A stretch of DNA of 64,000 nt. Source: an uncultured Actinomycetes bacterium. GTDB lineage: Bacteria > Actinomycetota > UBA4738 > HRBIN12. Below the pieces are notes generated by a model. The model was not told the DNA's origin and did not search any database. It was given only the letters and a program-made list of their open reading frames with translations. The stretch is taken from contig CAWFJU010000028.1 of assembly GCA_963816275.1 (NCBI GenBank), positions 383-64,382 on the forward strand, given 5' to 3'. Position numbers and translations under genes: made by a program. Shown in pieces: positions 22,701-32,262 of this stretch (positions are counted from its first letter, which is position 1; the number at the start of each line of letters is the position of its first letter).

Positions 22701-24089
22701 ACGGTGACGTTCTTCACCATGAGGATGTAGTCCTGGGGCTCGTCCCACCAGGTGATCGTGTAGTTGCCCGGGGCCAGGTTGGGGACCTCGGAAGCGGCCG
22801 CTCGCGTCGCCGCGCCCGATCCACGCCACGTTGTCGTTCAGCTCCATGCTGTCGATCACGATCCACGGCCGGTCGATCGGTCCGGCGAGCTTGCCGCCCT
22901 GGTGCACGCCGATCCCGCCCATGGCGTCGTCGTACTGGGGCGTGTAGTACTGCACCGCGTCGACCACGCCCTTGATCTCGCCGGTACCACCGGGGAGGGC
23001 AGGAGCGCGCCAGCACTTCGTCGTGAACTGACCGCAGGTGCCGGCGGCCGTGCTGAATCCGCCGCGGGCAGACCGGTGCCGGTCATCGTCGCCGTCGGCT
23101 CGGGCACGAACCCGAAGATCGCGATCGGCACGGGCTCGGCGCCGACCGCGAACTCGGTGTCGAGGCCGGTGTCGCCCTCCATCGGCCACACGTCCCAGTC
23201 GTGGTTGCCCTCGAGCGTGGTCGTCTGGATCCACTTCTGACCGTCGGGCGCGATCACCGACAGGGTGTAGCGGTCGGTCCCGAGGTTCGGGATCGTGAGG
23301 ATGCCGTTCGCGTCGCTGTAGCAGCCGTTGCCGACCTGGGCGACGACGGGTCCGCCGTCGACCCACTCGATATCCGTTCGGACCGCTCGGGTCGGCCGCA
23401 CGTAGGTGGTGCAGAGGGGGTTGCCGAAGACGTCGGTGGAGACCTGGCCGAGCACGTCGGCGATCAGGCCCTTGAAGTCGGACAGGACGGGCTCGGTGTC
23501 GTCGAACGCGCCGTTCGTCAGCGTGTCCGCGAAGACCTGCGCCGCGGACCGTCGCCGTCGGAAGCGGCGTCGGCTGCAGCGGGACCTCGACCGGCGTGGA
23601 CTCCTGGAGCGGGATCGAGAAGTGGGCGCCGTCGAGCTTGTAGCCGTCGGCGAGGACGGAGATGAGGTATCGGCCGTTCGGGAGGTCGAGGCCCTGGAGG
23701 TCGTTCAGGTCGGCGTCGGTCCCGATCGCCCAGTTCCCGTCCACGTCCTGCGCGACCGGGCTCGAGCTCGGGATGCCGGCGGTCGACAACCAGTTGCAGG
23801 AATCGGGGTAGCCGGGATCGAGCGCGGAGCAGCCGGAGCCGGGCTCGGCGTTCCGCTGCTCGGTCGTCGCCGTGTTGTCGACGTTGATGATCCAGCGATA
23901 GGACGTGACGGCGTCCCCCTTCGTCACGGGAGCCGAGCCCGATCCGTCCGGGGCCCACGGCTCGGTCCGCGCGCTGACCACGTCGATCGTCAACGTGTTG
24001 GTCGCGGCCTGGGCGGCCTGCATCGGGAGCTGGGTCATCAAGCCCGTCACCATCGTGAGGGCCACGACAACGTGAAGCGTCCTCCGCAT
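16784..24089 (-). CDS. Giant (~2400 aa) secreted multidomain protein: SdrD-B/Cna-like, IPT/TIG, parallel beta-helix, 2x DUF11-like, 2x lectin-like beta-sandwich; many frameshifts
   Basis: SD GGAGGAGAGG, signal MRRTLHVV...AAQA; VFSDTNRNGVRDPGE (SdrD-B-like); FTIDGLGFGSTPG (IPT); Asn-ladder repeats GGGI..NNxIxxN; NLSITKTDG...YTIVAxNAGP twice. Ends ...DTFRGGTL-TGA at 16784. It could be more than one gene if a break is real. Confidence 0.72.
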
Positions 24090-24150
24090 CTGAATTCCTC
24101 TCCTCCGGCGCCTTAGCGCTCGGTTCCTGTCGGGGATGTCCTGATCTGCC

Positions 24151-24302
24151 TCGCTCACCCGCTCACGAGCGGGTGGGCGACGCTGGCGAGGCGGTCGTGG
24201 AGTCGGGCCTCGACCGCCTCGCCAGGTCGTTGCGTCGGTCCCGGGTTGGGCGAACCGGCGGGACCCTGAAACGGAGAAACGGCCCCCGGGAGGGACCGTT
24301 TC
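24151..24302 (-). promoter_or_regulatory. Four consecutive hairpins in the putative 5' leader of the copper-oxidase operon
   Basis: Inverted repeats at 24151-24180, 24183-24225 (perfect 15 bp), 24237-24265 and 24276-24302 (11 bp, followed by a pyrimidine-rich tail on the minus strand). Confidence 0.55.
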
Positions 24303-24398
24303 CGCAGCCGCACTATCGACCGGGTCAGGACGGTGTTCGGGCGACCGTAGCCGTTATCCACCGGACGTGTAACACGAGTCAATACGGCCGGCCCAACA

Positions 24399-24444
24399 TG
24401 ACAAAGGTGTCACCGGCGCAGCGCACGACATGACAGATCTGTCA
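24399..24444. promoter_or_regulatory. Tandem palindromic operator-like sites TGACA-N4-TGTCA
   Basis: TGACAaaggTGTCA at 24399-24412 and TGACAgatcTGTCA at 24431-24444, both preceded by ACA, 32 bp apart. They lie just upstream of a minus-strand TTGACT (24382-24377). Confidence 0.6.
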
Positions 24445-24959
24445 TCGAAACGGCCTGCGAAACATGTCCGAGACCGCGGTTCACCCCCGCGATCGACTCG
24501 GATGTGAACGATCGATCCGCCCCCTGGGATCGCGAACATGCGGACACGTCCTCGCCCAGCTCCGCCATCGCATCTCGCATCGGCGTCAGCGTCGGTCGGT
24601 GCGCCCTTCATCTCCGCGACGGCGTTCCTCGGACGGTATCGCTTTGCGTGCAAGTGTTCGCGACAGCACCCGCCCAGAGCTGGGCGTTACCTCGGCGTAG
24701 AGGTCGAGATCCGACCGCTTCGTAACGGTCAACAACTCTTCGGCCGATAGCGCCTTGCGCGCAGGTGGTTGCGACACTCGCCGGCAAGGAGATGACTCGA
24801 GAGGCGGGCACGTCCTGCGACAGCGTTTCGATCTTTCACGGGGGGACCCTCCGGCAGGTCGGTCCGCATGATCCCGACCGGTAGTCCACCGCGCATGAGG
24901 TCGCGACCCGTGCTCTTTGCCGGTGGACGGGGATGCCTCGTCGGAGTTGAGTACCCGAG

Positions 24960-25712
24960 GTGAGTAGCGAACCGCACGCCGCAGAGCGTGACTCGGAGCA
25001 GAGCCGCCGCGGACTGGCGGTCGTCGTGGGGTTACTGAGCGCGGGGGCCGGTCTCGCCGTCGCGTGGGCGTTCCCGAGGACGGCAGCGATCGGATGCCGC
25101 ATCGGCCATTGTCTCGTCGAGGCGAGACGCCACGTCCCGTGGAAGATCGCCATCGTGTTTGCGGGTTCGGTCGTCGGTCTCGTGTTGTCACGCCTGGCTC
25201 TCCGGGCCGATGTGACCCGCACGACCGTTCGGATCGCGGCCACATCCGGCGTCGTCGCGTGCGCTGCCGCGGTTCTCGTTGCCGTCAGGCTCCGCGGAGG
25301 ATGGGCACCGGTCGACGCCGGGTCCATGACGAGCGATACCTGGATGGCGTTCCGGGTCACCTTGGCCGCTGCGGGCTACACGGTCGCTATCGCGACGGCG
25401 CTCTCCCTCAGGCACGCGTCAGGCGCGCGGGCACGAGCGCGCGCGATGGGCCTGGCCGTGTTCGCCATCGGCATCCTGGTGGCGGTCTTCGTGCCATCGC
25501 ATCTCGTGTGCCCGGTCGACCGGTTCTGGGTCCCGAACGACGAGGCGGGTCGATGCGTCGACATGTCGCGTGGCGCCCTGACCCCCATGCCGCCGGAACC
25601 AGCCAGCGATCGTCAACGTCCTGAGCGATCGATGATCGTGGTGGCCAGCCTGGCGGCCGGCGGCGTGGTTCTCTTCGCAGGTTCTCCGAGATCCACGCGA
25701 CGACCGAGGTAG
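24960..25712 (+). CDS. Hypothetical membrane protein, 250 aa
   Basis: About 6 hydrophobic segments and a Cys pair in a C-terminal loop; GAGG near the start. Confidence 0.5.
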   Translation: MSSEPHAAERDSEQSRRGLAVVVGLLSAGAGLAVAWAFPRTAAIGCRIGHCLVEARRHVPWKIAIVFAGSVVGLVLSRLALRADVTRTTVRIAATSGVVACAAAVLVAVRLRGGWAPVDAGSMTSDTWMAFRVTLAAAGYTVAIATALSLRHASGARARARAMGLAVFAIGILVAVFVPSHLVCPVDRFWVPNDEAGRCVDMSRGALTPMPPEPASDRQRPERSMIVVASLAAGGVVLFAGSPRSTRRPR

Positions 25713-25748
25713 GAGCGGCGTTACGCAACCGGTGCCGACGTTCGCCGT

Positions 25749-25826
<78 letters not shown>

Positions 25827-25910
25827 AGGAGCCCAAGGTTAGCAGCCCGGTTACCCGGTCCCGCCGGACCCCTGCTTGACGGGCCTCGGTCCGACCGCGA
25901 GGCTCGGGAC

Positions 25911-26555
25911 ATGACCGATCGCACGACGATGGCGGGCGAGCCGATCGACCGCTGGCTCGAGGCGCTCGCGTCGGGGCTCGTCGAGCCCGCCGCCGAGGCG
26001 TTCGCGTCCCTCGCGGCCGTCACCGGCGCCGCGCTCGTCGTCGCCGTCGCCCGGCGGGGCGCGATGCACTTCGCCGAGCCTGCCGCGACGCGCATGGCCG
26101 AGATCCAGGTCGAGGCCGAGGGCGCCCGCGACACGCTGTTCCAGTTGGCGGAGTCGAACGCCGCCGCCTACGAGGCGTTCCTCGCGATCCTCCGAACCAC
26201 CGTCGAGCAGGAGGCCGATCGTCCGGCACGCCTCGTGGCCCTCCGCGAGGCGTTGGAGACCACGATCGACGGACAGCTCCAGACCGCCCGGCGAGCCGTC
26301 TACCTGATGGGGATGGCCGACGAGGTCACCCGTGCCGGCGACGCGAACACCGCCGCCGACGGCCTGAGCGCCGCCGCGTCGCTCCACGCGGCCACCGTCG
26401 CCGCGACCGCCGACATCGAGATCAACGCCTTCGCGGTGGCCGAAGCCGGGCGGCGCGCCGAGCTCTCGGAGACCTGCGCCTCACTGAGGGGACGCGCCGC
26501 CGCGCTCCTGGGCACCGTCGAGGACTCGTTCCGGGCCGCGTCGAAACCTGGCTGA
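25911..26555 (+). CDS. Cyclodeaminase/cyclohydrolase (FTCD C-terminal) family protein
   Basis: IDRWLEALAS...PAAEAFASL..GAALV N-terminus, all-helical, NTAADG...A...IEIN tail. The motifs are degenerate. Confidence 0.7.
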   Translation: MTDRTTMAGEPIDRWLEALASGLVEPAAEAFASLAAVTGAALVVAVARRGAMHFAEPAATRMAEIQVEAEGARDTLFQLAESNAAAYEAFLAILRTTVEQEADRPARLVALREALETTIDGQLQTARRAVYLMGMADEVTRAGDANTAADGLSAAASLHAATVAATADIEINAFAVAEAGRRAELSETCASLRGRAAALLGTVEDSFRAASKPG

Positions 26556-26560
26556 GCCCG

Positions 26561-27031
26561 TCAGCGCCTCGCGTCCGGGTTGGGCCAGAGCTGCTCGAAG
26601 ATGTCCAGCACGACAGGGGTGTCCTCCTGAACCGGCCGGCCCTCGCTCGCGAAGAAGCGGATGTGGGCGTCGCGCCAGTGGGCCAGGCTGCGGTCGCCCT
26701 CACCTTCGACCCACGCGAACGCCTCGTCCACCTCACCGAACGGGCGCACCTCCACCGTCACCGTCCGGATCACGCAGAGCGGCTCGCCCCGGCCATCGAG
26801 CACGACGCTGAGGGCACCGACCACCGGCATCGTCTCGTCGTCGTCGGCGTCAGGCCCCTCGTACCAGGAGTGGAGGCTGGTGGTGGCACGCTTGGGGCCG
26901 TCCCGGACGAGCAGGCCCAGCTCGTCGGCCATGTCGGCCGTGTTGCCGAACGCCCAGGCCGAGTACGGCCCGTCGATCCCGGAGGCCTCGACGAAGGATC
27001 GCCAGAAGGTCTCGATCGCAGGTGAGGTCAT
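26561..27031 (-). CDS. ASCH domain protein
   Basis: ADELGLLVRDGPKRATTS and AWVEGEGDRSLAHWRDAH motifs. Confidence 0.9.
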   Translation of the reverse strand: MTSPAIETFWRSFVEASGIDGPYSAWAFGNTADMADELGLLVRDGPKRATTSLHSWYEGPDADDDETMPVVGALSVVLDGRGEPLCVIRTVTVEVRPFGEVDEAFAWVEGEGDRSLAHWRDAHIRFFASEGRPVQEDTPVVLDIFEQLWPNPDARR

Positions 27032-27712
27032 CCCCGCCCCTTCCGGAGGCGGGCGAGGATGTCGCCGACGACCAGACCGGTCGCGCCGCCCACGAGCGAG
27101 CCCGCCACCGTGTCACCCGGGTAGTGCACGCCGGTATGGACGCGGGAGTACGCGACGGCCCCCGCGAGGATCCGCAGCGGGAACGCGAGCACCGGGATCT
27201 CGCGCCCGACCGCCGTCGCGAACGCGAACCCCGACGCCGAGTGCCCCGAGGGGAACGAGGTGGACGCCGGCATCTCGACGTGCCGGTCCACGATCACGCC
27301 GGCGCCGGACCGGTCGGGTCGTTCGCGCGGATACAGCGACTTCATCCCGAGGTTGACCGTGGCGGACGCGACGCCGATCGAGGCGACGCCCGCGACCGCG
27401 GCCCGCCGCCCGGCGCGACCGCCGAGCACGAAGAGCCCACCCGCGATCCCGAGCCAGAGCACCGACCGGTTCGCCGCGTTCGAGAGGCGGCGCATCGGCT
27501 CGTCGAGCGAGGGTGACGGGGTCGAGGCGATGGCGCGGTACACCGCGAGGTCGATCTCGGAGACCTCGCGCAGGACGCGCTCGACGGCGTCACCTCGGGG
27601 CGTGCCGCGCTCGCGCCGCGCGGTCGGCGATCCGCGCCTCGACCGACTCCTCGCCCTCCCCCGGCGAGGGCAGGGCCTCCTCGGGAGACGACGACGCGTC
27701 GCGGTCCGTCAC
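27028..27712 (-). CDS. PAP2-family phosphatase; frameshift at ~27595
   Basis: K..YPRERP, SFPSGHS and SRVHTGVHYPGD motifs. The start GTG overlaps the upstream stop. Confidence 0.85.
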
Positions 27713-29061
27713 GGCCGTCGTCCCATGATGATGCGGCCGAGCTGCGCGAGCGTCGAGGGCGACGTCACGTACACCGCCTTGGCCGCCGGCGAGAGGCCGG
27801 CGCTCTTGGGCAGCCGCACCGTCAGCGCGCCCGGCCTCGCGGTGAACACGAGCGGCGGGTCCATCTCGAGCGCCTCGCCGTCGACCCCGATCTCGACGGG
27901 TCCGGCGGACCGCACTTCGAACGAGGGCGCCGTCCACTCGCGCCACCCCGGGAACTTGTCGAGCTGCCCGCTCGCCTGAAGGGCGACCATCCGCTGGAAT
28001 TCGGAGGCGCTCTCGATCTGCGCCGCGACGACACCGAGCACCCCGTCGTCCAACCGCGCGCGCGTGCCCCGGCCCTTGGCGTGACGGAGCTCGTACTGGT
28101 TGTTCGATACCTGGATCAGCTGAGCCGTGGGGACCTCCTCGCCGTCCGGCCCGTCGAACCGAAGATCGAGCGGCGCGGCATCGGGTCCGACCAGGTCAGG
28201 CAGCGTCGACAGGGTGGTCTGCACCTTCGCGTCCCGGTACTCGGGAGACTGGACGATCTTCGCGTACACCCCGAGCGACGCGTTGTTCACGAAGACCCGA
28301 CCGTTCACCTCGGCCAGGTCGATCGTCATCTCGACACCGTCGGCGTACGCGTCGAGCGCACCCACCACGTCGTCGCGGTCCAGCCCGAGGTCCAGCGCGA
28401 AGTGGTTGCGCGTCCCGGCGGGGATCACGACGTGCGGGATCCCGTGCGTGCTCGCCACCGACGACACGAGCGCCTGGGAGCCGTCGCCGCCCGCCATACC
28501 GATCACATCGGCCCCCGAGGCGATCGCATCCTCAGCGAGCTGCAACAGGTCGTCTCCCTTCTGCAGGACGATCGGCTCGATCCCACGGTCGCGGCACTTC
28601 GACGGCAGGTCGAACTTCTCGACCTTCCCCCCGCCGGACCACGGATTCATGATCAGGACCGGATGGCTCGGCCGCGCGGCGGGCCGCCGGCTGGGCGGCG
28701 GGGTGACGTCCTCCTCCGCCCCCCGCAGGGCGTATCCAGCCGCTCCCGTCGAGATCGCAGCGAGCGCCACGACCAGGACGATGTTGAGGAGGTGCACGTC
28801 TCCCTGGATGACGGCGACCACGAACAGGGCGACGCCGACCACGATGGCCCCGAACGCGAACAGCCGAACGGCTCGCCGCCGGGACAGCGCGTACCAGCCA
28901 CCGACGATCGTCATCGAGACGGCGACCACGCCCAGCATGAGGCTGCCCAGGTTCGAGAGCGCGCCGACGATCAGGATCGTGACGGCGAGGGCGAGGGCCG
29001 CAACGGCGACGATCGCCGAAAGGCGAACGCTCGGTCGGAGTGAGGCAGGGCTCGGGCTCAT
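27709..29061 (-). CDS. Diacylglycerol-kinase-family lipid kinase with N-terminal TM helices
   Basis: MNPWSGGG, AGGDGS, PAGTRNHFA, FVNNASLG and VDGE motifs. True start is ATG 29061 (ATGA overlap). Confidence 0.9.
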   Translation of the reverse strand: MSPSPASLRPSVRLSAIVAVAALALAVTILIVGALSNLGSLMLGVVAVSMTIVGGWYALSRRRAVRLFAFGAIVVGVALFVVAVIQGDVHLLNIVLVVALAAISTGAAGYALRGAEEDVTPPPSRRPAARPSHPVLIMNPWSGGGKVEKFDLPSKCRDRGIEPIVLQKGDDLLQLAEDAIASGADVIGMAGGDGSQALVSSVASTHGIPHVVIPAGTRNHFALDLGLDRDDVVGALDAYADGVEMTIDLAEVNGRVFVNNASLGVYAKIVQSPEYRDAKVQTTLSTLPDLVGPDAAPLDLRFDGPDGEEVPTAQLIQVSNNQYELRHAKGRGTRARLDDGVLGVVAAQIESASEFQRMVALQASGQLDKFPGWREWTAPSFEVRSAGPVEIGVDGEALEMDPPLVFTARPGALTVRLPKSAGLSPAAKAVYVTSPSTLAQLGRIIMGRRP

Positions 29062-30758
29062 GGGATCTCCTTCCCACCCGCAGGATCGAGCGCGGCGAAC
29101 GCCTTCACCGCCGCGCGGATCGTCGGGTAGAAGTGGGTCGGGTCGATCGTACGGGTCAGTTCGTACCGCGTGATCTTCTCGTGGACCGGGTCCTTCATCT
29201 CGGCGAACACGAGCGAGACTCCGCGCTCGTTCAGCCACTCGTCGAGCTCCACCAGCATGTCGGCGGCCGTGGTGTCGACGTCGGTGATCGGCTCGGCGGC
29301 GATCAGGATCCACCGCAGGCCCGGCGCCTCGGCCAGCTCGTGCACCTGCTCGCGGAACGTCCGGGCGTTGGCGAAGATCAGCGGCGCGTCGAACCGGAAG
29401 ATCACGAGGCCGGGTGTCGTCACCCCGTCGGGATGCATCTCGAGGTCGTGGAAGCCCGGCAGATCCGGCGTGTCGCCGAGGATCGCCTGATGCGGCCACC
29501 ACGCCCGCCGGAAGACGTTCAAGATGGAGAGCGTGACCGCGATGCCGATCCCCGGCAGGACACCGAGCAGCGTGACGGCCAGGAACGCGACCAGGGCGAG
29601 CCACGCCTCGGTCCGGCGCACCGTCCAGAGACGGGCGACGCCCGGGACATCGGCGAGGGAGAGCGACGCCGCGATCACGACGGCGGCGAGGGCCGGCTGC
29701 GGGAGGTTCCGCAGGAGCCCGGGCACCGCGACGAGAATCAGCACGATCGCGCCGGCGCCCACGAGCCCGGCGACCTGGGTCTTCGCGCCCGCCTGCTCGG
29801 CGACCGCGGTCCGCGAACCGCTCGTGCTCACCGGGAACCCCTGGAAGAGCCCGGCCGCCACGTTCGCGGTCCCGATACCGATCATCTCCTGGTTGCCATG
29901 GACGCGATCGCCCGAGCGCGCCGCGAAGGCCGACGCCGTCGAGATCGTGTCGGCGAGGGCCACGAAGACGATGCCGAACGCCCCGCCGATCAGCAGCGCC
30001 ACGTCGCTGAGCCCAACGTCGGGGATCGTGAATGGCGGGAATCCGCTCGGGAGCGTCCCGATCACCTTCACGCCGGAGGCCGTGAGATCGAACACCACGA
30101 CGGCGAGGATCGAGAGCACGACGGACACGAGGACCGCGGGGACCTTGGGCATGGCCCGCTGCAGCACGAGGATCACCACCAGGGCGAACGCCCCCACGGC
30201 CAACGCCGCCCCGATCGTCTCGCCGTCCATCACGCCCTGAACGAACCCCTTCAGCTCCGGGATGAATCCGTCGGCGTCCACCGAGAAACCGAAGAGCTTG
30301 GGCAGCTGACCCACCAGGATCGTCAGCGCGAGGCCGTTCATGTACCCGATCTGCGTCGGCTTCGAGAGGAGGTCGGCGATGAAGCCGATCTTCGCCGCCC
30401 CGGCGAGCAGCATGATGACGCCGACGAGGATCGCGAGCATCGAGGCGAGCGCCACCGCCTGCGCCGGATCACCGTTGGCACCGAGGATCGGCAGGATCGT
30501 CGCCGCGATCATCGGGCCGAGCGAGGAGTCCGGGCCGAGCACCAGGATCTTGGATGGGCCCACGAGCGCGTACCCGATCAGACAGAGGATCGAGGTGTAG
30601 AGGCCGGTGATCGGCGGCAGTCCGGCGAGTTCCGCGTACGCCATCCCCTGGGGAACGAGCAAGGCGGTCAGCACGAGTCCGGCGACGACGTCCTTCGAGA
30701 GCCACGCCCGCTCGTAGGTTCGGAGCACCCGCGCGCCCGGCACGGCCGTGAGCCTCAT
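29058..30758 (-). CDS. SulP-family anion permease with STAS domain
   Basis: DVVAGL...VPQGMAYA..AGLPP.TGLY, SGSRT and DAPLIFANA motifs. Confidence 0.93.
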   Translation of the reverse strand: MRLTAVPGARVLRTYERAWLSKDVVAGLVLTALLVPQGMAYAELAGLPPITGLYTSILCLIGYALVGPSKILVLGPDSSLGPMIAATILPILGANGDPAQAVALASMLAILVGVIMLLAGAAKIGFIADLLSKPTQIGYMNGLALTILVGQLPKLFGFSVDADGFIPELKGFVQGVMDGETIGAALAVGAFALVVILVLQRAMPKVPAVLVSVVLSILAVVVFDLTASGVKVIGTLPSGFPPFTIPDVGLSDVALLIGGAFGIVFVALADTISTASAFAARSGDRVHGNQEMIGIGTANVAAGLFQGFPVSTSGSRTAVAEQAGAKTQVAGLVGAGAIVLILVAVPGLLRNLPQPALAAVVIAASLSLADVPGVARLWTVRRTEAWLALVAFLAVTLLGVLPGIGIAVTLSILNVFRRAWWPHQAILGDTPDLPGFHDLEMHPDGVTTPGLVIFRFDAPLIFANARTFREQVHELAEAPGLRWILIAAEPITDVDTTAADMLVELDEWLNERGVSLVFAEMKDPVHEKITRYELTRTIDPTHFYPTIRAAVKAFAALDPAGGKEIP

Positions 30759-30919
30759 CCCAGGGTCCCCTCTCGTACGCCGCGTCTGCGTGGACGCTCA
30801 GCGGGCGAAGCCTACCGCGAGGCTCCGGCAGGCTTCATCCGAGGGTGCCGCGGGACCGGGCGCCGGGCTTGGCATGATGGAAGGGCTCGTTGGAGGCGAG
30901 GCGGATGCGCGAGGCACGG

Positions 30920-32212
30920 ATGACCATCGGTCGAGCGGTGGCGGTGATGCTCGTCGCCGCGGCCTGCTCACCGACCGCGGACGTCACCGAGCCCGTCGCT
31001 CAGGCACCGCCCTCCGTCGCCACCACGACGACGGCCGCCTCACGCACCGACTCGGGGACACCGTCATCGGCACCGATACCCGTGCCGACGCCGACGATCG
31101 CGCTCGACCCGGTCAAGGCGGACTGGACCCGGGCGATCGAGGACGCGATCGGTGGTCGGGACGTATCGGTCGCGGTCGGCGCCGACGACCGCATCCGCTT
31201 CATGCACGCGGGCGCGACGCAGCGGATCCCCGCCTCGAACCAGAAGCTCCTCACCTCGATGGCGGCGCTGGACACCTTGGGGCCGGACCACCGCTTCATC
31301 ACGACGGCGGCAGCGCGGCATCGGCCGAAGGGCGGGACCATCCGGGGCGATCTCTGGGTGGTGGGGTCGGGCGATCCCGAGATCGACGCGGGGGCGATGG
31401 CGCGGCTGGCGGCCGCGGTGCGCAGGGCCGGCATCTCTCGGATCGCGGGCGGCGTGGTCGGCGACACCTCGGCGTTCAGCCGGACCTGGTGGGCGCCGGG
31501 CTGGGTGCCGGGACTCTCCCGCAGCTACGTCACCCGGACGACCGCGCTCGCGTTCGACGGGAACGGAGGGAGCGGGTCGCCGGAAGAGACGGCCGCCGCC
31601 ACTCTGACCGCCGCGCTCCGCGCCGACGGGGTCGAGGTCGCCGCGGAGGCGGCCGCGCGTCCGGCGCCGGCGAGGCTCGAGCCCGTGGCCCGGATCGCGT
31701 CCCGGCCGCTCCGCCGGCTGCTCTCGGTCCAGAACCACGGCTCCGTGAACTTCTACGCCGAGACCCTCCTGAAGGCACTGGGCGCCGGGACGACCGGCGG
31801 CGCCGGTTCGACGGCCGCTGGAGCCGAGGTCGTCGAGGCCTGGGCCCTTCGGCAGGGGGTGACCGCCCAGGTTCGGGACGGCTCCGGCCTCTCCCATCAG
31901 GACCTCGTGTCGACGCGGGGCCTCGCAACGCTGCTGCTGCTCGCGCAGGACGAACCGTGGGGACGGGTGCTGGACGCGTCGCTCGCACCGCCGGGCGACG
32001 GTACGCTTGAGGGACGGCTCCTCGAGATACCGGTGCGGGCGAAGACGGGCACGCTGTTCGAGACACCGGTGTCGTCGCTGTCGGGCTACGTCACCGACGC
32101 CGGCGGCACGCGGGTCGCCTTCTCCGTGATCTCACGGGGCCTCGAGAAGACCACCGCGATCGCGATCGAGGACGCGATCGTGCGGGCATTGGCCGGCAGC
32201 CGCATCGGGTGA
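30920..32212 (+). CDS. dacB: D-Ala-D-Ala carboxypeptidase/endopeptidase (S13, PBP4/DacB-like), probable lipoprotein
   Basis: PASNQK, SVN and AKTGT motifs, GSGDP, DGSGLS; lipobox VAAAC. Confidence 0.85.
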   Translation: MTIGRAVAVMLVAAACSPTADVTEPVAQAPPSVATTTTAASRTDSGTPSSAPIPVPTPTIALDPVKADWTRAIEDAIGGRDVSVAVGADDRIRFMHAGATQRIPASNQKLLTSMAALDTLGPDHRFITTAAARHRPKGGTIRGDLWVVGSGDPEIDAGAMARLAAAVRRAGISRIAGGVVGDTSAFSRTWWAPGWVPGLSRSYVTRTTALAFDGNGGSGSPEETAAATLTAALRADGVEVAAEAAARPAPARLEPVARIASRPLRRLLSVQNHGSVNFYAETLLKALGAGTTGGAGSTAAGAEVVEAWALRQGVTAQVRDGSGLSHQDLVSTRGLATLLLLAQDEPWGRVLDASLAPPGDGTLEGRLLEIPVRAKTGTLFETPVSSLSGYVTDAGGTRVAFSVISRGLEKTTAIAIEDAIVRALAGSRIG

Positions 32213-32262
32213 CGTTCCGACGTTCAACCGTCGCGCCACGGACCTACGTAAGGAAGAACACC

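Noticed and set aside
24300-24360. c-di-GMP-I or guanidine-III riboswitch
   Set aside because: Only short fragments resemble the consensus. The GGCAAAC/GAAA/GACGCAAA half is missing, and the guanidine-like words are on the non-coding strand.
24830-24900. c-di-AMP (ydaO) riboswitch suggested by GGGGGACCC
   Set aside because: The flanking GCTGAATCC and GGGTGAA elements are not present.
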